Shown one piece after another: positions 45,268 through 53,344 of a stretch of DNA of 61,774 bases (positions are counted from its first letter, which is position 1; every line of letters begins with the position of its first letter). A program made the translations under genes and the position numbers. The notes under the pieces were generated by a model. It was not told the origin of the DNA. It was given only the letters and a program-made list of their open reading frames with translations, and ran no database searches. Source of the stretch: a virus; IMG/VR virus record IMGVR_UViG_3300045988_110955; one strand, written 5' to 3'.

Positions 45268-45922
45268 TCTCGTTTATATTTTCAAACTCACTCTCCCATC
45301 TTCGCTGGTTTATCCAAGTTGTCAAGTGCGGATATTCGGGCACCCAATTGCCGGAATTCTTTTTCTCGTTATGCCATTCTATCTCTTTGCTTATGGCTAA
45401 AGGCAATAAGTCTATGACCTCGGCATAATCCTTATGCTTTTTGACAAAATTGTTGAATTCAACGTCAAGACCTTTTTTAGTGCCCGGATATGATTTTCGG
45501 AAAGCCTCGAATTTTTCTTTTATATATTTTCTTTTTTTATCATTATCAATATCATTATCATATAGGGTTATCTTCGGTAATGTTGGGTTATCTTCGGTTA
45601 TCTTCGGTAATGTTGGGTTGTCTTCTTTACCCTTTGAGTAATAGGGGTTTGACTTGCCTTTCTTGAAATTTGGATTACCTCCTTTTTTACCGGATTCCCT
45701 ATTGTTGGATACTCTCTCATCATATTTTTTTTGATTGAAATCGATTTCTCTTTTAATGAAGGAGAATGCCATTTTAGCCTGCGGTCTCAGCTCCGATAGT
45801 GTCCCCGATACGGCATACCTAATAACCGCCTCGTACACTTCAAGTCTGATCTCCGAAGGATAATCCACTAACACCTCGTACCAATCAGCATTAAAAAGAA
45901 ATGTTTTTTTAGATGTGTCCAT
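45215..45922 (-). CDS. Putative replication initiator/organiser with an internal EDNPTLPKIT x2 repeat
   Basis: 235 aa, directly upstream of dnaB. The call is by position. Confidence 0.5.
   Translation of the reverse strand: MDTSKKTFLFNADWYEVLVDYPSEIRLEVYEAVIRYAVSGTLSELRPQAKMAFSFIKREIDFNQKKYDERVSNNRESGKKGGNPNFKKGKSNPYYSKGKEDNPTLPKITEDNPTLPKITLYDNDIDNDKKRKYIKEKFEAFRKSYPGTKKGLDVEFNNFVKKHKDYAEVIDLLPLAISKEIEWHNEKKNSGNWVPEYPHLTTWINQRRWESEFENINENEDKQQNGSRQVYIVPD
45567..45626. repeat. 30-bp tandem duplication containing four GTT(A/G)TCTTC 9-mers (iteron-like)
   Basis: The 9-mers start at 45567, 45587, 45597 and 45617. Confidence 0.5.
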
Positions 45923-45923
45923 G

Positions 45924-46088
45924 TCAATATATTATTCCTCTATTATATAATTCCTTCCTATATTGCTCCAACGCCTGAAGGCATCGTTCCTTGTCCATGT
46001 ATCCCATTGGCATTATTCCGGCCAACCTTGCGTTGCATCGGTCTATGCCATATTTGAGATCCTTGTTTGACATTTTCTTTATATCCAT
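45924..46088 (-). CDS. Small hypothetical protein
   Basis: 54 aa read by hand (MDIKKMSNKDLKYGIDRCNARL...). Confidence 0.4.
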   Translation of the reverse strand: MDIKKMSNKDLKYGIDRCNARLAGIMPMGYMDKERCLQALEQYRKELYNRGIIY

Positions 46089-46170
46089 GATTACTTAAAT
46101 TTAAAGTGTACGATATACTCCCCGGCCTAGACCGGGGCTTTTAAAATCTTAATACGTGAGTAGGGTAGGG

Positions 46171-46428
46171 CTATTTGATAGTCCTCTTGATCTCGTCCAT
46201 CAACCTCTCTGTTATCCTCTTGTCGTGCCACTCGTGCCATTCGGTGAATAGCCCCTTGGCGGCGATGAAGAAGAAGCACGAGTTCTTTAGCTCCGTCTCT
46301 TGCGAGGACGTGATGCGAGACCATCTGAGCTGTTCTTTCACGTGCTCCAATTCCTTGGAAAGCTGGTCGTTCTCCTTGGATAGGCGGTTGATCTTGATAG
46401 TTTGTTGACGTGCTGTTGGAGTACTCAT
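46171..46428 (-). CDS. Hypothetical protein
   Basis: 85 aa with a coiled-coil N-terminus. Confidence 0.5.
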   Translation of the reverse strand: MSTPTARQQTIKINRLSKENDQLSKELEHVKEQLRWSRITSSQETELKNSCFFFIAAKGLFTEWHEWHDKRITERLMDEIKRTIK

Positions 46429-46781
46429 AGCGTACCTCCTTCCAGCCCGGCTAAAATGAATGCGGACATCAATAAGATTAGTACCTTGACATAGCCGATA
46501 ACGTCGTTCTTGTTATCGCACTCGAGCAAGCCGAATGACATGAAGGTTAATAGCTTGGCGATGGATCGCCATGATAGGAAGCTCGTTTCGTGAGCGGACG
46601 TGGTTGTGCAATTACTGTTGTTCGTTACACTCGCAGATTTCATAGGACTTGGCATGTTAATGAAATTTGAGTATATAAAAAAGGCTATCGCCCCACGAAC
46701 CGCCAAGTCCAAGTTAAAACACAAGTGTCGTAACCCATGTGGATTGATAGCCTTTATATCTTTGTAGATATAACACGCCAT
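46425..46781 (-). CDS. Hypothetical membrane protein
   Basis: 118 aa. The start is uncertain. Confidence 0.45.
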   Translation of the reverse strand: MACYIYKDIKAINPHGLRHLCFNLDLAVRGAIAFFIYSNFINMPSPMKSASVTNNSNCTTTSAHETSFLSWRSIAKLLTFMSFGLLECDNKNDVIGYVKVLILLMSAFILAGLEGGTL

Positions 46782-46918
46782 GTCTAGCCATAAAAATAGC
46801 TACGACAAAATTGTATTTCTAATACTTGAACTGGCGGGTCCACTGCAAAGATACAACTCAAATTCAAAATGCCAAATGATTTGCTTTAAAAATATAGGAC
46901 ACGCATCCTAGTGATGTG

Positions 46919-47143
46919 CTATAGTGGTGTCGGTTGAGATGGATTGATAACCTCATTGTCTCGTTTTTGCTCTTTCCATTCCCTGAACTCTTTTAACTCA
47001 AGCAAAGAGTGGAAACCTCCTAGAACGAATGAATATACCATTGGGAGTTCTTGTATCGTATATCCTCCAGCTTTGCTTAAAAGAGACATCCTCAGTTTGA
47101 TGTCTCTTTTTTCTCTTAGATAGTTTAAGATTTCTATTATCAT
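46919..47143 (-). CDS. Hypothetical protein
   Basis: 74 aa. Confidence 0.5.
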   Translation of the reverse strand: MIIEILNYLREKRDIKLRMSLLSKAGGYTIQELPMVYSFVLGGFHSLLELKEFREWKEQKRDNEVINPSQPTPL

Positions 47144-47195
47144 GATTTAATCATATTGATTGCTCTTTTTAAACACCAAACAAATTGAAGTTTTT

Positions 47196-47384
47196 TTAGA
47201 ACCACGGGATATATCCCGGTGGCGTGTTGTCCTTGTCCTTGAATCTTTTTAGATGCTCTTCCACGTTCAAACCCTCCCTTACGAGGATGATCGTGTTCTT
47301 GTCAACCCTTACGGGTATTCTCTTGAATTTAGGCTCCGGGAGTATATCCCCGTTTGCCTTCGTGTTCGCTTTGATCGTTCTCAT
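47196..47384 (-). CDS. Hypothetical protein
   Basis: 62 aa. Confidence 0.55.
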   Translation of the reverse strand: MRTIKANTKANGDILPEPKFKRIPVRVDKNTIILVREGLNVEEHLKRFKDKDNTPPGYIPWF

Positions 47385-47389
47385 ATAAG

Positions 47390-47542
47390 TTATCGTTTAT
47401 AGTTGTCACAATACCGGAAGGAGTTCGCTACCCTTCCGGTGTTCAGTATCTCGCACCATACGGCCAGACCCTTGTGAGGCTTGCCGTGCACGCAATCGGC
47501 GCATCTGATACGCTCGGGTTGCTTGTTAGGTTTCTTAGCCAT
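47390..47542 (-). CDS. Small Cys-rich protein
   Basis: 50 aa read by hand (MAKKPNKQPERIRCADCVHGKPH...). Confidence 0.45.
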   Translation of the reverse strand: MAKKPNKQPERIRCADCVHGKPHKGLAVWCEILNTGRVANSFRYCDNYKR

Positions 47543-47885
47543 TCAAGTAGTTTTTTATAAGTGTAATGAAATCGTCCAGCGATCGGCATATCTCATATCT
47601 GTACCCTTGAGCCTCTACCGCCTTCTGGAATGCCTTCTGGCTGTCCTGTTGCCGGCCTTTTCTTGTCTTCATTTCCACGTACAGACCGTGATGGACGTTA
47701 TTCGGGACTGACAGGAACAGATCGGCGACCCCTGCCAAAGCCCCTTCCGCTTTTAATATAGCCCCGGTTACCGTGTCCCTCCGTCCTCCGTTCGGGACGC
47801 TAAAGAAGCATCCTGCGTATCTCGGATATTGGAGACGGAAGTATCTGACGCAGGCTTGCTGGGTCTGTGATTCGATATTCCTCAT
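47535..47885 (-). CDS. VRR-NUC domain nuclease
   Basis: QQACVRYFRLQYP...VPNGG...GVADLFLSVP...LYVEMKTRKGRQQDSQKAF. Confidence 0.8.
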   Translation of the reverse strand: MRNIESQTQQACVRYFRLQYPRYAGCFFSVPNGGRRDTVTGAILKAEGALAGVADLFLSVPNNVHHGLYVEMKTRKGRQQDSQKAFQKAVEAQGYRYEICRSLDDFITLIKNYLNG

Positions 47886-48069
47886 TTGTACTTATCGTCT
47901 ATCAAGATTAATACAATAAAAATTATCGCTAGGATAGCGAGTATGAACGTTATCACCCCGAAGGCGAATAACAGGCTTTGAAAAATGTCACTCATAATCG
48001 TAATTGTCAAAATCATCCGGATCGTAATCCGGAATGTCGTTACCGAAATCCATGATTGTTATTTGTTGT

Positions 48070-48150
48070 TGGTGGACGGTGCCGGGATCGAACCGGCCTC
48101 TTTACGTCATGCGCACTCCGTAACGTTTTATCCCGGAATACTTACCGCCC
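48070..48150 (-). tRNA. tRNA-like gene with Ala-type acceptor (G3:U70, A73, encoded CCA) but a non-canonical anticodon arm
   Basis: Acceptor GGGCGGT/ACCGTCC. T arm GCCGG-TTCGATC-CCGGC. The central arm is a 5-7 bp stem (TTACG/CGTAA) with a 12-nt loop GAGTGCGCATGA. Confidence 0.5.
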
Positions 48151-48153
48151 GAA

Positions 48154-48184
48154 ATCCCCGCGTATCCTCACGGACGGCGGGGAT
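48154..48184 (-). other. Hairpin with a conserved 15-nt loop, copy 1
   Basis: ATCCCCGC / GCGGGGAT stem. The - strand reads CCGTCCGTGAGGATA across the stem-loop junction. Lies 3 nt upstream of the tRNA-like gene. Confidence 0.5.
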
Positions 48185-48232
48185 AAAAACTAAATCTAAT
48201 ACCATGAAAAACACACTCTAATATTAATATCC

Positions 48233-49045
48233 TTAGTTCTGAATCTTTATTAAATCGGGTATCGCTCCATAAATGGGGGTACGACCATCCCATTTGTCGA
48301 TAAACTGCTTATAAAGAATTTCTTTAGTCAATCCTCTCGAGGTGATTAACGCTTGTTCCGTTTTCAATTGCTCCAACTCGTTGCGTTTCCGTTGCTCCGC
48401 TATCTGCTGGTCTAAAACCGAAATATTGGTGTTAACTTCATTCCGACTATCGATCTTCTCTCGTACTGCCTTAGAAAATTCTAATTGTGCTGAGAATGTG
48501 AGTAATTGAAGGCCTCTTTTCTCGAATTCCTTATCTACGATCTGCTCAAGGCGCTTCTCAAAAAGAAGCGAACCTCCATCTGCCATTAAGCTATCGGTCT
48601 TATGTTTACGGCTTTCCTCCTTGATCAGGTCATAGATGCGAGGTTCTAGTATGTTATCCTCCAATGATTGCATAAAACCGTCTTTTCCTGATTCCGTATC
48701 GGCCTTGTCTATGTGCTTGTTATCGAAAACAACGTCTATTGCCCTGTTTTTGATAACCTTGTAGGAGTAAGTGGGGCGTGCGTTAAACTCCGTATTGTCT
48801 GCGGCTTTTAACGTGACAGGGCTTCCGAATTCGCCTCGTTGGTCGAATAGCGGGACTTGAAATAATTCCGTGCCCCATTCCCAAGTTGAAACCCTGCCCG
48901 ATACGACCTTGAAATCATCCTTTCCTTGTTTCCCGTAATTTTCCATCAATACCCCAGCGTAATTAGGTGCTACACGTTCACAAGAGGATAAAAATACCAT
49001 AGCGATTATCGCTATAGTAAAAAACTTAAAACTTGTCCTTTTCAT
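48233..49045 (-). CDS. SPFH/band-7 (prohibitin-like) lipoprotein
   Basis: Lipobox FLSSC. The SPFH-like core is followed by a coiled coil. Confidence 0.65.
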   Translation of the reverse strand: MKRTSFKFFTIAIIAMVFLSSCERVAPNYAGVLMENYGKQGKDDFKVVSGRVSTWEWGTELFQVPLFDQRGEFGSPVTLKAADNTEFNARPTYSYKVIKNRAIDVVFDNKHIDKADTESGKDGFMQSLEDNILEPRIYDLIKEESRKHKTDSLMADGGSLLFEKRLEQIVDKEFEKRGLQLLTFSAQLEFSKAVREKIDSRNEVNTNISVLDQQIAEQRKRNELEQLKTEQALITSRGLTKEILYKQFIDKWDGRTPIYGAIPDLIKIQN

Positions 49046-49205
49046 TCTTGATAAAATTAAATAGTTTGTAAATTATAAATAATGAACTAGTTAACATAAT
49101 GACTATTCCTAGCCATGCGTCAACATGGTTAAAAACTCTGTTCCCTACCGGAATAAAGGCTATGGCCAATATCAATACCCAATGTTTGTTGATAAAATTT
49201 CTCAT
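49026..49205 (-). CDS. Small two-TM membrane protein coupled to the SPFH gene
   Basis: 59 aa read by hand (MRNFINKHWVLILAIAFIPV...). ATGA overlap upstream and a 20-nt overlap downstream. Below the track cutoff. Confidence 0.5.
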   Translation of the reverse strand: MRNFINKHWVLILAIAFIPVGNRVFNHVDAWLGIVIMLTSSLFIIYKLFNFIKNEKDKF

Positions 49206-49780
49206 ATTTGTTGGTTTAGTGCCTCATTGTATAAAGGCATGATTAATCCGATACTGCTTACGTCTTCTACCATGCTGTCAAAAATGATGGCATCGTTAAC
49301 GCCCTTGAAAGTAGCCGTGCATCGATCGCATTCATATAAAGCTTTCCTCATTATGTCGAATAAGCCCATGTTAAAGGATATTTGAGGAAGCGGAACGCTG
49401 GGTTTTGCCTGATAATTTTGTATCACTTTCTCTGCGTCTGGATATTTTAAGTTCTCATCCGCGAAATAGAAGAACGCCTTGTCATTCTTCTTATGGCACT
49501 CTATTCCGTCATCAGAGATAAGGATGTCATCATATTTCAACATGTCCTTAAAAAATAGACTATGCAGTAATTTGCCGTCTAACGCCTGTATCATGGCTTC
49601 GTCAAGGTTTGAGCATTCGGATATCCTGTTTTTAACGATAATATGTCCGTCACTGGCGTAGGCCCAATCTCCCTTGAAATACACGCATTCCATAGCGGGG
49701 CGGTTATCGTCTTTTGCGCAAGCCAAAAACATTTGTACGTTCTTGTCAAAGTTGTAAGAACCTTCTTTTCTCTTTCCCAT
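49202..49780 (-). CDS. Hypothetical protein with a weak sliding-clamp (DnaN)-like motif
   Basis: WAYASDGHIIVKN resembles the clamp ATDGHRLA motif. ATG at 49780. Confidence 0.35.
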   Translation of the reverse strand: MGKRKEGSYNFDKNVQMFLACAKDDNRPAMECVYFKGDWAYASDGHIIVKNRISECSNLDEAMIQALDGKLLHSLFFKDMLKYDDILISDDGIECHKKNDKAFFYFADENLKYPDAEKVIQNYQAKPSVPLPQISFNMGLFDIMRKALYECDRCTATFKGVNDAIIFDSMVEDVSSIGLIMPLYNEALNQQI

Positions 49781-49784
49781 ATCA

Positions 49785-49985
49785 TTAATATTTAATATTA
49801 TATTTATTTCTTTCGTATTGTGGGATATACCCTTTGCAAGGAGTATTCCCGTCAAATAAGACCGATTCCGGCCTTACAGTTTCCCCATCTTTTTTAGACG
49901 GGTCTTTCCAATGCTTTTGCCGTTGATGACAGAGGCAGTGTCTTTTAGAGCAATCCTCATTGAGGCAGTATTTAAGATCTCTCAT
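49785..49985 (-). CDS. Small Cys/His-rich protein
   Basis: 66 aa from an internal ATG (MRDLKYCLNEDCSKRHCLCH...). Confidence 0.4.
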   Translation of the reverse strand: MRDLKYCLNEDCSKRHCLCHQRQKHWKDPSKKDGETVRPESVLFDGNTPCKGYIPQYERNKYNIKY

Positions 49986-50145
49986 TATCGTATCTCTTAT
50001 AGGTTTCCAGCTTCTTGACCTCCTTTTTAAGGAGTCTGGCCGCATCCTTGTATTTGACGCTGCCATAAGGAGCGGCAATAATAATGTTGGTGTGCCTCAC
50101 GATCTTGTCGATCAGGTAATTTGGAGGCCTGTCGTTTTTTCTCAT
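49972..50145 (-). CDS. Small hypothetical protein
   Basis: 57 aa (MRKNDRPPNYLIDKIV...). The upstream part of the track ORF overlaps 50148..50582 and is rejected. Confidence 0.45.
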   Translation of the reverse strand: MRKNDRPPNYLIDKIVRHTNIIIAAPYGSVKYKDAARLLKKEVKKLETYKRYDNERS

Positions 50146-50147
50146 GA

Positions 50148-50582
50148 CTAAAAATTCGATAGGTTTCTCATGAAATCGTATTCGGATATATCCCGAAGGA
50201 ATACCGAGAAAAGCACGTCCTTCACACGCTCGTAGAGATCCATGAACTCGGCCTCGTCCATCTTGTCGAAGGCTATCGACTTGGGAATCTCTATCCATTC
50301 CTTACGTGATATGCTATAGGCCGTATCGCAATGCCCGGCGGCGATCTCTACGGCCTTCCGGAAGCACTCCACGCTTTCCTTGAAATGCGCCGTGGTCTTC
50401 TCGTTTTGGTAAGACCATGCGCAATTTATCAAGGCGAAATACTTCTTTAGGAAGTCGTAGTTCCGTGCCAGCGTTATCTTGGCCTTGTATATCTTACCTA
50501 GCTTGAGTTTTTTCTTCTCGTCATAGTCGGAATCATAGCATGGCCTCAATCCGCCGGCGGTGTTGAGCAAGTATAGTTCCAT
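50148..50582 (-). CDS. DUF1367 family phage protein
   Basis: KLGKIYKAKITLARNYDFLKKYFALIN pattern. Confidence 0.7.
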   Translation of the reverse strand: MELYLLNTAGGLRPCYDSDYDEKKKLKLGKIYKAKITLARNYDFLKKYFALINCAWSYQNEKTTAHFKESVECFRKAVEIAAGHCDTAYSISRKEWIEIPKSIAFDKMDEAEFMDLYERVKDVLFSVFLRDISEYDFMRNLSNF

Positions 50583-50584
50583 GA

Positions 50585-50890
50585 TTAAAAGGGGAGATCC
50601 GAATCATCGACCGATGGGGCGTTGTTGATATCCTCCGGTGAGGGGATATTGCTCTTGAACGTGGATTCCATCAAGTCACCTATGCCATAATAAACACCTT
50701 CCTTTCGCTCCTCTTTCCTTGGGGCGCAAGACACATAATGCGTATAGGTGCGGTTGTCGAACGTGACAGGCTCTTTTTTCTCCCCGATCGAGATATTGAG
50801 GAATATCTTCTCCCCCTTGGCCGTCATTACTTTTTTCATCAACTCCTTCGGTATGTCGCTCAAGCAGATTGAGCCGTATAAATTTGCCAT
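50585..50890 (-). CDS. Putative single-stranded DNA-binding protein (SSB-type acidic tip)
   Basis: The C-terminus ...SVDDSDLPF mimics the SSB DDDIPF tip. Adjacent to the recombinase. Confidence 0.5.
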   Translation of the reverse strand: MANLYGSICLSDIPKELMKKVMTAKGEKIFLNISIGEKKEPVTFDNRTYTHYVSCAPRKEERKEGVYYGIGDLMESTFKSNIPSPEDINNAPSVDDSDLPF

Positions 50891-50892
50891 AT

Positions 50893-51372
50893 TTATTGTT
50901 TATTAAAAGTTATAGAGTAACTGGTTTTTGCCATCCTTATCGCCGGATGGATCGTGTATATCTCCCCGGTCTCGTCATCAATGACCGTGGTATTATCCGG
51001 CACCGTCTTCAGGAACGCCTCCCGTTCTTTTATCTTGGCATCGAGAAGCATCCTTTCCTCGATCAGCCTAGCGTAGACCGGGTCATTGCAATTGGAGTGG
51101 TCGTAGGATACGCCTGTCTCCTTTATCTTGACCGTGGCCCCGTTCCAAGAGCGCTCCTTTCCGTATTTCTCGATCTCAGAAAGGACGGCGTCCTTCATCC
51201 GGTCATCGTCCAGCGTCCTCTTGATGGTCTCTTGCATCGCCTTTAACTTGACGACGTGTGATACGGGATCTACCTCACCTTCCAGTACCGGGTTCAAAAG
51301 GTCTATGGATAAAGCCTCGATCTCGCTTTTCGTTAGCGGGGTCTTGCCGCTTAGCTCTAGTTCTTTGCTCAT
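50893..51372 (-). CDS. Hypothetical protein
   Basis: 159 aa. Confidence 0.6.
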   Translation of the reverse strand: MSKELELSGKTPLTKSEIEALSIDLLNPVLEGEVDPVSHVVKLKAMQETIKRTLDDDRMKDAVLSEIEKYGKERSWNGATVKIKETGVSYDHSNCNDPVYARLIEERMLLDAKIKEREAFLKTVPDNTTVIDDETGEIYTIHPAIRMAKTSYSITFNKQ

Positions 51373-52055
51373 GACAGGTTATTGTTTATTTTATAGTTGT
51401 TGTATATCTCAATGAAAGAATCCATCTCAACCTTTCCTATAATGTAAGCATTGCTGATAACGCTTTCTACGGAGAATGGTTGGTTGGCCTCCTTGGCTAT
51501 CTTCTCCTTATTGTATAGCCACTCCGATATGGATTTCATTGCGCTCTCATTGTTTAGATGATCTCTCGTAAGCTCTTTCTTTACTCTGGAGTTTGCCGTT
51601 TTTTTAGGCAGCTCTTTAGGCAGCTCTTTAGGCAGCTCCTTTTGGGCGGTATTACTGCTCGCTATGTTAGCGTCCTCGTCATCGTCAGCCACGATGCCTA
51701 GGATGGCGCAAAAGGCGTATCTCTTGGCGTAAGTGATGGCCGATCCTATGGATTGAGCGTCCGCCGTATTGGATGGCATCCTTACCTTGGACGATATCCA
51801 TTGACCGGAGGAATGAAGCAGTATGGTCCGGATAGAGTAATCATCCTCTATTAGCTGACATACTGAAAGTTCATTGTCGGCTAATGGCTGTTTCGCCGCC
51901 CTTTTGCATTCGGATAGGTCCGCGTACTTAAACTTGTACTCTCCTCCTGTTTTAGTTCTTACTTTAACCTCGGAATTGAGGCTTGGTTGCTCTAGCGATC
52001 CTTGGAACTTGGCCAACGCTATCGCTAATTTGTCAATCTCTTCTGATTTATCCAT
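51369..52055 (-). CDS. ERF-family single-strand annealing recombinase
   Basis: KFKYADLSEC...LHSSGQW...QSIGSAITYAKRYAFCAILGIVADDDEDAN. Contains a KELP x3 repeat. Confidence 0.85.
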   Translation of the reverse strand: MDKSEEIDKLAIALAKFQGSLEQPSLNSEVKVRTKTGGEYKFKYADLSECKRAAKQPLADNELSVCQLIEDDYSIRTILLHSSGQWISSKVRMPSNTADAQSIGSAITYAKRYAFCAILGIVADDDEDANIASSNTAQKELPKELPKELPKKTANSRVKKELTRDHLNNESAMKSISEWLYNKEKIAKEANQPFSVESVISNAYIIGKVEMDSFIEIYNNYKINNNLS

Positions 52056-52077
52056 GTTATCGTGTATTTAAATTCGT

Positions 52078-52110
52078 CAGCCTCCGGGAGTCGAACCCGG
52101 ACTAAGACCA
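52078..52110 (-). pseudogene. tRNA-derived minihelix (acceptor halves plus T arm only), a truncated paralogue of 52370..52436
   Basis: GGTCTTAG joined directly to TCCGGGTTCGACTCCCGGA and AGGCTG. Confidence 0.3.
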
Positions 52111-52369
52111 TCGGCCGCCCTTCCCTCACTACCGTGTCCCTTTCCACCGGGCCAATGATATCGTCATGGCCTACCACTTGTCTAGGATATCGGTTGCCGG
52201 TCTGGGTCGGGGTTGCACCTCGTAAGGGCAGGTTTACCAATTATAAGAATCAAACAGGAACCTAAGCTCTTCCATGCTCTCCTCATATTCCTCGTTGTCC
52301 TCCTCCCCGTCGTACTCCGGTTCGCCGTCGGGGTCTTTGATGTAGATGTCTCTCATTTATCTTGATTTG

Positions 52370-52436
52370 CAGGCCTCCGGGAGTCGAACCCGGCCATCCC
52401 CATGTTAGGGGCGCTCTACCGATAAGCTAAGACCTT
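52370..52436 (-). tRNA. Short (67-nt) tRNA-like gene with a 4-bp/6-nt anticodon hairpin
   Basis: Acceptor AGGTCT/AGGCCT. D arm GCTT-ATCGGTA-GAGC. T arm CCGGG-TTCGACT-CCCGG. The central arm is CCCC-TAACAT-GGGG. No encoded CCA. Confidence 0.35.
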
Positions 52437-52440
52437 GAAT

Positions 52441-52851
52441 TTATTCGATCTCGATAATCTCGAATTTTCCTTTCTTTATATATATCTTATGATTGTAGTA
52501 GTCTTTGACTATTCCATGATCGGAAACTGTGTTTATGTTCTTTGTGTAATCCTCAACATATGAGTTATCGTAAGCCTCGACCGTGGCAGAGCCGTAAGCC
52601 TTGACCGTGGCAGAGCCGCAAGCCTTGACCGTGGCAGAGCCGCAAGCAAATGATTTAGCATTAGAGGTGTGTTCTTTTCTTGTGTAAATGCCAGCTTCGG
52701 TTAATTCCTCCTCAGTAAAGTTTTTTTCTAGGTAATTTGCGTCAATCATCTTGAACGTACTCAAGACCCAATACCAATTATCGGTTATCGCTTTCAGCAA
52801 GTCTTGTTTGCTTTTTTTGCGTTTAACCCCATACTGTATCCATCTTGGCAA
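52441..52851 (-). CDS. Hypothetical protein with a CGSATVKA x3 repeat
   Basis: 136 aa, TTG start in the track. Confidence 0.55.
   Translation of the reverse strand: MPRWIQYGVKRKKSKQDLLKAITDNWYWVLSTFKMIDANYLEKNFTEEELTEAGIYTRKEHTSNAKSFACGSATVKACGSATVKAYGSATVEAYDNSYVEDYTKNINTVSDHGIVKDYYNHKIYIKKGKFEIIEIE
52574..52645. repeat. 24-bp tandem repeat x3, in frame within 52441..52851
   Basis: GCCT(C/T)GACCGTGGCAGAGCCG(T/C)AA. Confidence 0.9.
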
Positions 52852-53054
52852 GCGTGATGTTTTTTAGCCCGTTCAAGCAGATCTTCTTTTAATTCTTCGA
52901 ATGTCTTCATTTTTTATCGTTTATTAGTTTAATGATATCTTTTCTTATCTCTATCAATTCTTCCTTGCTAAGAGAATTTAGCTCGTCTAGGATATCGTCC
53001 TTCTTGGATCGGTTAGGCCTTGAAGGGGCTTGCACCACGTATATCACCCCGAAA

Positions 53055-53324
53055 TCATTTTTCTGACTCATAAGTCATTATAACTATTTGGTGTACCACA
53101 ATAAAGATTGATATGATCGCTAGGATCAAGAGGTGAATATTGAGAGGTTTTTCGTACCACTCAAATATTGACACTATTGATATTAGCCCTAGTACGGTAG
53201 CGGAGATCATCCTAAAAGAAAAGACGATCACGCTCTTTATGGCCCGGAATATCTTCCAGAGCCATGCTTGGTTTCTCTTTATCATATATATTGTTGTTTT
53301 TAAAATTCGGGAAAAAGGCCTCAT
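53055..53324 (-). CDS. Small membrane protein
   Basis: 89 aa with two hydrophobic helices. The start codon lies at the loop-stem junction of the conserved-loop hairpin. Confidence 0.5.
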   Translation of the reverse strand: MRPFSRILKTTIYMIKRNQAWLWKIFRAIKSVIVFSFRMISATVLGLISIVSIFEWYEKPLNIHLLILAIISIFIVVHQIVIMTYESEK

Positions 53325-53344
53325 ATCCTCACGGACGGAGACCT
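53316..53344 (-). other. Hairpin with the conserved 15-nt loop, copy 2
   Basis: AGGCCTC / GAGACCT stem (one mismatch) with the same CCGTCCGTGAGGATA core on the - strand. Confidence 0.45.

Noticed and set aside
47985-48221. 78-aa + strand ORF
   Set aside because: It overlaps the tRNA-like gene and the conserved-loop hairpin on the opposite strand.
52574-52645. Possible CRISPR-like repeat array
   Set aside because: The repeats are contiguous 24-mers with no spacers, in frame within a protein-coding ORF. No cas genes are present.
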